The notes below the pieces were generated by a model, which did not search any database, was not told the origin of the DNA, and worked only from the letters and a program-made list of their open reading frames with translations. Positions 17,809-28,018 of a DNA stretch of 64,000 nucleotides are shown here, one piece after another (position 1 is the stretch's first letter; each line of letters starts with the position of its first letter). Both the position numbers and the translations under genes were made by a program. Source of the stretch: Callorhinchus milii (Eukaryota); contig NW_024704762.1 in assembly GCF_018977255.1 (NCBI RefSeq), forward strand, positions 10,292,001 through 10,356,000, read 5' to 3'.

Positions 17809-19214
17809 ATTATATATTATGAAGACTGGGTAAAATAACAAAGGCCTGGGTGTCCCCTTCATTATCTGTCGGTTGATGTGCACAATATCTTAAAAGCATC
17901 TCACTATAAAACATCTTGAACTACACTTGACTATCAACATAAATATACAGGGTGTTTACAAAGTCCTGTTACCCCATGTTTGATTTTTACACAATGCACT
18001 GACCGACAACTGAAAAATGTGGGAAAATGATTATAATGGTATTTAGACATACTTAATTGTATTCAGTATAAGTGTAGAACTGTATTTAGATGTGCTTTCA
18101 GCCATTACGCTCTCAAATTCTGGAACACTTTTCCTCTATCCCTCCGCTTTGCCCCTTCCAAGGTGGCTTGTGGTGCTGTTGCGATTGGTTGACAACTCTG
18201 CGGGCTGTAAGGAAGTTTTTCAGAATTTGTGCATCTTTTCTTTCATTGTTGCTCAATTTCATCCCGGGAGTGTGGAAGAAAATCAATTTCAGTTTCTTTG
18301 GGAGTTTGTTTTAAACAGCGAAGGCTGATGCGTAACTTAAAACAGAAGGTCTTTTCTCGTCTCATTCTTGATAAATACAGCAAACTTGTCCGTCACTCAG
18401 AGCAAACGGAGAAGCCAGAGTCCCTGGGCTGTCCTGTGGCTTTTGGAAACCATGACAATCCATCCGTGTGGCATGTGCAATTTTTGACGTTCAACACCCA
18501 TCTGCCTTCATGAAATAATCCAGGGAGATCATCATAACCTTGCTTTCTGCAACCTCTTGTGAAACTGCGTCTAATTGCACTGCAGTGCCTATTCAGTTCT
18601 CCCTAGGGTGAGAATACCTCCCAGGCAGCAAATCACATTAGCAAAACCTCCCAAAATATAATCCAGAGGTTGCTTCTGAAAGCTTGCCAGACTGTGAGGG
18701 CAGCTGGCTGTTGTGGGGTAGCCTTTATAGGGCAGTAGGTAAGCAGGATTTATCCCTCACGGGAGAGATGTGCCCTCCCTTTCAGACCAACAGAAATTTC
18801 CATGGGCGTGTGGAAATCCCAGTCTGGTTTTGATTTTTTTTTGGCCAGCTGGGCGTCTGAGGCTTGGGGAAGCCCATCCCATTGCAGAACAGTTTCCAAA
18901 CCAGACTTGAGAGTTCCACGTATGTGTTTCCAGCTGTGGCAGACATGCATCCCATTCACACATGACAACGTCCTTGTTCTTGGAATGGAATGAGCACCCT
19001 CTTCTCTAATAGGAGGCATCCTGATGATGTAATTCCAGAGAGGATTCCTTGCTTTTCAGCACGACAATTGGATTTGGAGAAGAACCTTGAGACAAGTCTG
19101 AATTCAAACACTTTTTTTTGGTGTTGGCTTTGGCTGTTAGTGGGGGAACACCCCACAACTATCCGGCAGGATGAGGTGCGAGATTTCCACTGAAAACATC
19201 CAACTTAAATAATA

Positions 19215-19440
19215 AATAATAATAATAATCCTTGCATCTGATATAGCGCTTTTCACGTCTTCTCAGACGTCTCAAAGCGCTTCACGGAATAGACGGTAAA
19301 GTGAATTGACTATATTTGTGGGCGAAACGCGGCAGCCAATTGCCCACGGCAGCGTCCCCCACACAAACAGCCGTGGATTGAAGCGACCAATCTGTTATTG
19401 TTTGTCTTTTGAGGGATTATTATCAGGTGCGCAAAGCAAG
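19215..19440 (-). mobile_element. 5'-truncated SINE
   Basis: (AAT)n tail, then reverse-complement tail and core. Confidence 0.85.
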
Positions 19441-19529
19441 TCAGTCAAAGGCCTGAACATTGGGTTAATTATGAACTTGAAGAACCCAATGTTTACATTG
19501 ACCAGTTGTGCCCATGTGGTCCAGTGTCT

Positions 19530-19830
19530 GGCCCTCGGCATTGTGGGAGCTGGAGTCTCTGTGTGCAACCAACAGGGAGCGAACTACATGTCCCAGCGTG
19601 CACAGCGCCAGCCGGGAGGAAGCGGGTGTCACGTGGGGCCGGGCTGCCGGAAGTGGGGCGAGAGACTGCCGTGGAGTAACGGTCGCTGAGGTGAGTAACG
19701 GTCAGAGGCGGAGGCGGCGCGGGGGCCGCAGCCATGGCGCCGGTCAGCGCCTGTCACCGGAGGGGGCGACTGTCAGCTGGAGGGTCAGTGGCTGCTTTCC
19801 GGGTCGGTGCTGAGGGGGAGGTGCCATTCC
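19530..19830 (+). promoter_or_regulatory. SCAMP4: SCAMP4 CpG-island promoter and non-coding exon 1
   Basis: CpG-rich. ZNF143/SBS motifs at 19537-19556 (-) and 19583-19601 (+, ACTACATGTCCCAGCGTGC), GTCACGTG E-box at 19628, CCGGAAGTG ETS at 19647, strong donor GAG|gtgagt at 19690. Confidence 0.75.
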
Positions 19831-20116
19831 CCCCTCACCGCCCCTCCACTGCCCCCCCCACTCTCACTGCCCCCCCTCACTGCCCCCACTCCTACTGACC
19901 CCCCTCACCGCCCCCACTCCTACTGCCCCCCCTCACCGCCCCCCACTCCTACTGCCCCCCCCTCACTGCCCCCTCACCGCCCCCCACTCTCACTGCCCCC
20001 CACTCTCACTGCCCCCCCACTGCCCCCCCCTCACTGCCCCCCCCACTCTCACTGCCCCCCCTCACCGCCCCCCCCCCACCGCCCCTCCCCTCACTGCGCC
20101 TCCCCCCCCCCCCCAC
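19827..20116. repeat. C-rich degenerate minisatellite (CCCCCCTCACTG-like units)
   Basis: Repeated C5-7 runs separated by TCACTG, TCACCG or ACTCCTACTG. Confidence 0.9.
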
Positions 20117-20630
20117 ATACACCTAAATAATAATAATAATAATAATAATCCTCGCCCCTGACCCGGCGCCTGATCAGGTCTTCGAGACGTCTCAAAGCGC
20201 TTCGCAGGATACACTGCAAAGTGTAGTGACTGTGCGTCTTGTGGGCGAGAACCGCGGCAGCGACAAACAGTCAACAACAGCAACAGCAACATCTCGCACT
20301 TATACAGCGGAGTGTCTTGAAACGCTTAGTCATGGATTGAATTTTTTTTCCCTCCAGCGCCTGCCCTCCGCCCCCCCCCCCCCCCCACCCCCCCGGATCT
20401 GTCTCGAAAAAGCCTCCCCACTCCGCCACCTCCATCCGGACTCTTCCCTCAACCCTTCCCCCGTTGTGGCCATTAGTGCAGACACACGGTCTGGATTAAG
20501 TTTCATCCTTGATCTTAGGAGAGATTGTGTTTCAGTCAATTGTATGAAGAAGCAGTGAGTCTGTCCTCAGCGTACAAATGAGCGGCTAATGATCAGTGGC
20601 ACTTATTATTATTACAGAATAATAGCACAC

Positions 20631-21694
20631 TATTATTACAGAATAACTTATTGACCAGTGTTAACATATCTTGCTGGCTGTCCACCACATAAGTAAATGG
20701 GTCCGCTGTTTGTACCAGCGCAAGCAATGTTTTAATTGTTACGTTTATTCCTTGGATGTGGAGCACACTGTCGTCCAGCGCTTTGGGACGTCCTCCCGAC
20801 ATGAAAGGCGCTATACAAATGTAATCTTGTTGTTGTTGTTGTTGTTGATGACGTCAGTGTAATGTTGAAAGTGGTCAAAAGAGTATCAGCAAGGAGTTTT
20901 TACCAGCCTACTAATGCAGGGAAAAGCTGTTACTGGCATTTTCTAACATTCCAGTGTTTTTTTCTCTCATGATGGGAAGCCAAACTGTGTGAGACTGACT
21001 CTGGAGTTGAAATCTCCAGTGGTTGTAAGGCTGACAAGTCATTGTGCACTATTCCTGCTTTTAGACTGTTTAACATGAAACTCAGGCTAGGTGATGCTTA
21101 TGTGCTGGATCCAAGGACATTTAGTTCTGTGAATAAATTATATTCAACAGTTGATGACCTTTTAATCCAGAGATCAGACCAACAACAATAACAGTAAGAT
21201 TACATTTGTATACGGGAGCATAGATCACACTATAAGTAAAAACTAACTGAGAAACAAATCCTTTTCATTATTTATTAATGCTTCCATGGATTAATTGTGT
21301 GTTTATCCAGTGCAGATGCTAATCACTTCGCTCCTGAAACTATTCCCCTGTAGGTGATGTTGGCGGCGGGACGTCTGATAATGTGTTTGTTTATATTGCA
21401 TGGTTGATGGTGAATCACTGTGGAATTGCGGAAAGTACCAGGTTGTGTTTACGCTGTTGTGTTTACGTGCATCGTAAAGACAATCTAAATTAGTAATCAC
21501 AAAGGGGAGCTTTCATCAATTTAGATTCACTTTGCCCGATGTAGCAGAATTCGTTAAAAGTGCTCCAAATCCAAGGAATAAACATAACAATTAAAATATT
21601 GCTCGCACTGGTACAAACAGCCGAGCCATCTACTTATGTGGTGGACAGCCAGCAAAATATGTTACACTGGTCAATAAGTTATTCTGTAATAATA
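20631..21694. repeat. Inverted repeat pair (20631-20766 and 21560-21694) in SCAMP4 intron 1
   Basis: ~135 bp arms with about 10 differences by manual alignment; ~790 bp spacer. Confidence 0.92.
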
Positions 21695-23776
21695 ATGCGT
21701 AATAGCATACTTGGTCACCAGAATTTATAATATAAGTAACCGATTCATTTCAGTTACAGGAGAACTTGATATTCCTATTACAGCTCCCCATTTATATTCA
21801 TGATTATCTTGTAAGCTACTCAGGAAGCTAACTGTCAAACTGGCTGATTTAGATTTGCTTCTCTGCAGCCATTGTTCCTTCCCTTTTATCAGGAAAAATC
21901 AACACTTGCTGTTGTGGTTAAATGTGCAAGGAAACTAAAAATGCTAACACAGGAGGCCTTTGTGGTTTATAACCTTGTGAGCTATTAAACAGCAGTTAGA
22001 GTTTCCATGTATTTTTAATAATAAAAACATAATAATAATCCTTGCATTATCATGTCTTTGATATGTCTCAGAGCGCTTCACAGAATATGCTGTAAATTCA
22101 CAGTATTTCAAAAAGTATTTGAATGCTTTTTATATATATTTATTAAAAATACATGACCTAAAATGGCAGGGTGGAGATGAATTGACTGACAGCTGAAGAG
22201 ATATATGGTATATGGCAAGGACTGTGTCTATTAATAATCATAAAAATCCTTGCATTTGATATATATTTATATGTTGCAGCTACATGCGCAGTCTATTTTA
22301 GATTTGTATACCTCACCCGATGTTCTTGCCAAGACATATTCTGTGAAAAGCATAATTTAGTACCATATTGTTGTTTGACAATTCTGTGCTCCATACCTTC
22401 TGCAGAATTATTTGGAGATGTTTAGAAATGGACTGAGCTGGAGGCAGCAGCATCTGAAAAGAATCTGCAATGTTCCAAATAATAATTCTGTTTTATATAT
22501 GGAGCTAGCTTCTTTCTTTTGTCCCATTCCTTTTAGCTTTTGTAATTAGCTCAGGTTACACATTGAAAGGAAGAATGAAGCATATGAGGTGCAATTACCA
22601 AGTAACAGAGCTGTTGGTTGCTGTACTAGGAGCCACGGCAAGCATTGTATTGTGCTGCTTTTCGTACAGCATTGTGAGATTGTGCCTCATTCTTTTTCTG
22701 TTGGTCTATTAATGGGAACGCAGTATTCAGTCCTGTTCAACATTATAAACTCTGATTACAGAAGATGCTACTTTCCAAAGATCTTTTCTGAATGGTACAA
22801 TTATCCATCCTGCTTTGAGAGTCAGTGTAGCAACTCTGAATATTGAAATATAATTCAAAATCTTATATACTTCAGGTCTCATAATTAAAGCTGCAACGTC
22901 AGAACTATCTGCTGTGAAGAATGATCAGCCTGCATTTTAACAAAAAGTCTAAAAATGAATAAATCCATGACTGCTGGTAGGACACTATTGTGCACAATTG
23001 GCTGCGTTACGTCCACAAAATATGCAGTCAGTTCACTTCACACTATATTCTGTGAAGCGTTTTGAGACATCTCGAAGACGTGATAAGGCACTATATCAAA
23101 TGCAACCATTATTATTTATAGATCTTTTCCAAGAGGATTTTTTCACACTCTTCTCAGCTGGCAAAATAATATTCCACTTCATCTCAAAGTAGGGTTGGAG
23201 TAAATTGAGAAACATAATCCTGTTTTCCCATTGTACAGTGTTTGGTGAACAAGTACAGGATTTGGATATGTCGGAATAGCACGTTTCCAGCTGAAAGTGA
23301 AAGGCATACAGATCTGTCTTTAAAGCTACAATATTCTGAAAAACACTCTTAATTAAAGTTGAGCAGAATAAATGTTGGCAGAAAATCAATATTCGTAATA
23401 GCTATTTCAGTGCACTTTCCTGTGCAGCCAAAGAGCTAATAATTTGTGTATGTTCAGCAGCCTGGTTTCTTTAACCACAAATAATGCTCAAATTCTGCTT
23501 TCTTTTTAAACAGTAACAATGCCTCATGAGTTAGACTGTGGTAGTTTGTTCAGATACTTCCTCTCTTTTCTCCCTCCCTTTCTGGGCATCTATTTGTTAG
23601 CCAAGAGGAGACATGTGATGCTGTGTTGGGAGAGATCAGTGGGGTGTAAGGATCGACTCCTTGGTGAGTTGACTATCTTGGGAAGGTTTATAGGTTGCTA
23701 AAACATTCAAGTTATTCGGACATCTAGCATGTCCCAGTCCCGCTTTCTTATATGTAACAATGACCCTGCTTTTCAG

Positions 23777-23829
23777 AATCGGCTGGTAGAGAACTGGACA
23801 ACACAACAAGCCAACTGAAGAAATGACTG
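23777..23829 (+). CDS. SCAMP4: SCAMP4 exon 2 (5'UTR plus ATG at 23823)
   Basis: tttcag|AATC...ATG ACT G|gtaag; phase matches the next exon. Confidence 0.85.
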
Positions 23830-26800
23830 GTAAGTGCCACTGTACATCACGTGAACATTCTGTCTCTGGGACTGTCACATTATAGTGTGGAGTGGCTCCA
23901 TGCCCACCCCGATTGATTGGATTGAGCCTGACGATAACCATGGTCCTTGTCTAATCTCTTCTGTCTTGTGGCTGGTACTGGGCTTACGGACACAACTTTC
24001 ACTGCACTTGCCTTTTCTCTAGTCTATGACCTCAGCGCTCCCTTTTACTGTGCAAATATTTCATTTTGATGGCTTTTTATTTGATTTGTCGGGAGGTGAG
24101 TCTGGGCACTTTATTTTATTTGACCATGGGTGTTTTTTCTTCTTTCAATTAGCCCCGATAGGACTTATCAATAAGTGTGGCTAGTCCAATCGTAGAGATT
24201 GCACCTCCATTGATTCAGTCAGTAATGATACTAACTAAGTCTTAAAACTTGTTCCTTCGTTCTCTTCACTGATAATCTTCTTTCGTCGCCCAAATCTCGA
24301 CACCCAATATTTGTATTTCTGAGGCCTCCAATCAGCTCTTGTATCTGATTACATCAGTCAATCATTATCACTGTGCCTTCTTAGGCTGACTCGATCTCAT
24401 GGATGGTAGGATGACGTAAATTAATCCAAAATGGACAAGAGAGGCTAAATAAATTAAAAGGGCAACATCAGCGATGAGGTTAACTTACATGCTGCTGCTG
24501 GGAAGAGGAGCATTTGGTACAGTACTACTGACGGGATAGTAGGAGTACTGATGCCGTAAATCCTCACAGTTTTATTTGTTGGAAATTTCTTGTGGACCAG
24601 TGAAAGAAACATAATTTATTCTTTAAAAGAAGAATAAATGTGTTTGATTTCTTGCTATGTAACCCATTATTATTTCAGTTCTTTCCCATCATGTCTGCTT
24701 CCCATTCCCGTTGCTGCTCATTCATACTGTTTACGAGTTTAATTTTCCTGGATGAATGATCCAATCCCAGCGCGAGACAGAGGAAATGATTCAGACGAGG
24801 TAACGCGGTTTTCCTATCAGCTTTTATTTAGTCATTCCTTTTTTTTTCCCCCCAGAAAAACAGAACAATTTTCCCCCTTTACCAAAGTTCATTCCACTGA
24901 AGCCTTGCTTCTATCAAAACTTTGAAGAGGAGATCCCATCAGAGCACTGCTATCTAGTGAAAAGAATTTACCACCTGTGGATCTGTAAGTACTCTGTATC
25001 CCAACAAGATAATGCTGGGATTATTGCCTCTTCCTTCCCCATCTTCAGATCGCACCTGAAGACGTTCCTCTTCGATCGTGCCTACGGTCACCTCCCCCAT
25101 CCCCTGGCTCTGCATCGTGCTCCGCCAAGCGCTGTCGGACTCTACCCTGCATGAGGGGTGCTGTGTAAATGCAAGTTGTTGTAGTTGTTGATCAGATTCT
25201 CAGCTAATACGTGCAAAAATTAATTGAACACATTTAATGATTTGTGTAGATGTTATGTTTAATTGTAACAGAACCTTTCTTTACGTTCAGTGTACAGCAT
25301 CACCTTGGTAGTGAACCTGATCGGCTGTTTGGCCTGGCTGATCGCAGGAGGCAATGCCATCAACTTTGGCTTGGCAATTCTGTGGCTGGTGCTCTTCAAC
25401 CCTTGCTCCTACCTCTGCTGGCTGCGTCCTATTTATAAAGCATTTCGGTAAATATTTGTGACGTTGTAAGATTGTTTAAAGAGTTAAAGATGTTTGTTTT
25501 TAGGTCCCTTCGACCTGTGTCTAAGCTTCTCAGTGAGGCGCTGCCGCTTGTTTTACAGGTCTGACAGCTCCTTCAACTTCATGGCATTTTTCTTCATCTT
25601 CGGGGCCCAGGTTGTGCTGATGGCTTTACAAGCCATCGGTTTCTCGGGGTGGGGAGCCTGGTGAGTTCCTAACTGCTACCTCGCAAGCGGAAACTCACAC
25701 ACAGTCAGGGTTGTGCAGCGCAGGGAATAGGGGCTAATGAAGGTGTAATCCCCTCAACTCCTCTTGTAAATCCATAAAACAAATCTGTGGAGAAACTGAT
25801 CATTCCTACGGGTGAGTGGTGTCTGACTCCTGCGTTCATTCCCTGCTTCATCCAGAGCCAAGGAGTATCAGGGCCCTGTAGAGCTGAACAGCAGCAGTCA
25901 GAGCCTAACGAGGGAGGAGAGAAAAAGCCAAATTAGCCAAACAAAAACATCTGGAGGATTAGCCGACCAGACCGGTGGCTTTGCTGTGTTTTTGTGTGGG
26001 CTTTGCATTGTGCTGCTGCAGTAGCTGATCCCTGTCACTAGGTGGCAATCTTGGTGCTCATAGAGGAGTCCTGCTAATAATAATAATAATAATATTAATC
26101 CATGATTCAGCCAATGTGTGGTGGTCTGTTTACTTTGGAGTCCTGTAGCTCAGTGGTTAGAGCACTCGCTTTGCAAGTGAGAGACCTGAGTTCAATTCCA
26201 GGCAGAGGGCGAAACCTTGGGCAAGTTTCCTTACTCCACACGCCTAATAATAATCCATGATTCAGCTACGACTGTTTGTGGGACATGGTGTGTGGTGGTC
26301 TGTTTATTTGCTGACAATGGCTGTGACTTGTAATTTGTACAATTGTGCATTTAGATTATTTTTAAATTAAATATCTCAGTGAAGCGCCCCAGGACGCTAC
26401 CCCCGCAGGAAGGGCACTGTATAAATGCAAGTTGTTGTTATTGAGGAATTCTCTTTTATTTCAGTGGTTGGATCGTTGCTGTAGGTGTCTTCTCATCGAA
26501 TGTGGGCGCTGCTGTGGTCATGCTCTTCCCAGCTGTCATGTTCTCAGCAGTCACCATCTTGAGTATTCTTATTATACTTCGTGTAAGTTGTATTTCTCTA
26601 CTCTCTGGAAATAATTAGCCATTTTGAAAGCAAATTGGTGTTTTGAAGCGCATGTATACTGGTGTCACTGTTTACCTATTGCAAGCAGCTATTGAACCTT
26701 GCCCAGTAAACCATTGGCACGGCCTAATATACTGGCTACAGGTGCTGTAAACCGCCTCTGACCTTTTGTCACCTTGTACAGAGGAGCGAGGGTGGATTTA

Positions 26801-28018
26801 TTACAGCTGTAAGTTTAGGGAAGGGTGGCAAATGGACATTTAATCTCAAACCTCTTATCAACAAGAATAGAATTCTTCAAGGATAAAACCTAACTTGAAG
26901 AACATTCTCTCCCCACCCCCATCTAATTTGGGGAATGACTGGTCAAGTAGACATTAAAATAGATCCATGACACTATTGGAAAAGCAAAGGACGTGTCTCT
27001 GGGTGGACGTGAGGGCCAGCAATCCTCCAGATAAACTGGTTGTTCACCTCACCAACAGAGCACTGTTTTTTTTATTAGGATCGGGATTGCTGGAAGGTTT
27101 CCTCCCAGATGGGATATTCCCATTTGAGGGACCAGCGCCACCTCGTGGCTCACCTCAAACACCAGTCACAAATATTGTTTTTAGTGAAAACCTGGTAAAA
27201 AAAAGGATTGTTTTCTTTCCTACTGATAGTCACAACACTTGATTGCAATCGTGTGCGAAGCCCTTTGAGACATTTCAGTGTTATTTATTTAATGTTACAT
27301 TGTGAATTTTTTTCCACCCTGAAAGGCAATAATTCTTGTTGGGAGTTCATTTATGCAATCTGGTGCAATATTAGGCTCTGGCTGTACTGTTCTTCATTTT
27401 GCTCTTTCCCCAACGCAGAGAGTTTTTTTGTGCTGTTGTGTTGTTCAGTTAAATGAGAATTGGTGCGATGCAGCCCATCGGCTCTGTGGTCTGGCTCTGC
27501 AGCTCTAATACACTGAGTCACACGAGTGTAAGCTTTTGTTTTCCCCTCTTACCTCAGCACTGCTGCTGAGGAGGTGCTGAGTGGCAACTGTCCCAACACT
27601 CGAGGCTACTTCATCGTGAGAGTTTTGTCACTTACTCAGCCACAAAGTCTGCACATAGGAGGCAGCATTCACACAATACCTGTGCAATGTTACTCAGGCC
27701 TATTGGCAGTTGAAAAACGGAACAATGGTATTAGAAACCACAGTAGATTCTCGTGGCTGTGGCCTATTTACTCCACTTCTTAGCCATTGATGGGGTGTGA
27801 AGCTGGAACCGTATACTTACTGCTGTCATTTAACTCCCCAGGTGCACTCTATCTATCGAGGTGGTGGCGGAAGCTTCCAGAAGGCGCAGGAGGAGTGGTC
27901 CGCCGGCTCATGGAGAAATCCGCCAGCTAAGCAACTGGCCTTTGAAACCGTTACCGGCAGCACCTTACCCCAATACCCCACAGTCCCAAGATACCCTGAT
28001 AGCAACGAGTGGTCCTAG
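23823..28018 (+). CDS. SCAMP4: Secretory carrier-associated membrane protein 4
   Basis: join(23823-23829,24856-24984,25291-25447,25559-25660,26465-26582,27842-28018) = 690 nt, 229 aa: [25 protein letters not shown]...[28 protein letters not shown]...[11 protein letters not shown]...[14 protein letters not shown]. No N-terminal NPF repeats (SCAMP4/5 type); C-terminus is SCAMP4-like; adjacent to CSNK1G2 as in human. Confidence 0.95.
24856..24984 (+). CDS. SCAMP4: SCAMP4 exon 3
   Basis: [43 protein letters not shown]; 129 nt. Confidence 0.95.
25020..25190 (+). mobile_element. L2-type LINE 3' end
   Basis: Encodes [14 protein letters not shown] (L2 ORF2 C-terminal pattern), then tail AAATGCAAG(TTG)n. 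Confidence 0.75.
25291..25447 (+). CDS. SCAMP4: SCAMP4 exon 4
   Basis: [53 protein letters not shown]; 157 nt. Confidence 0.95.
25559..25660 (+). CDS. SCAMP4: SCAMP4 exon 5
   Basis: [34 protein letters not shown]; 102 nt. Confidence 0.95.
26137..26287 (+). mobile_element. 3'-truncated SINE in SCAMP4 intron
   Basis: tRNA head nearly identical to the 35425 copy; ends after TTTGTGGGACAT. Confidence 0.85.
26465..26582 (+). CDS. SCAMP4: SCAMP4 exon 6
   Basis: [39 protein letters not shown]; 118 nt. Confidence 0.93.
27842..28018 (+). CDS. SCAMP4: SCAMP4 exon 7 (last coding)
   Basis: [28 protein letters not shown]...EWS*. Confidence 0.95.
   Translation: MHSIYRGGGGSFQKAQEEWSAGSWRNPPAKQLAFETVTGSTLPQYPTVPRYPDSNEWS

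Noticed and set aside
17946-17985. TACAGGGTGTTT mariner-like TIR start
   Set aside because: No partner TIR or transposase remnant found nearby
19734-19900. Kozak-context ATG (GCAGCCATGG) as an ADAT3 or SCAMP4 start
   Set aside because: Lies after the exon 1 donor; the short frame runs into the C-rich repeat with no homology
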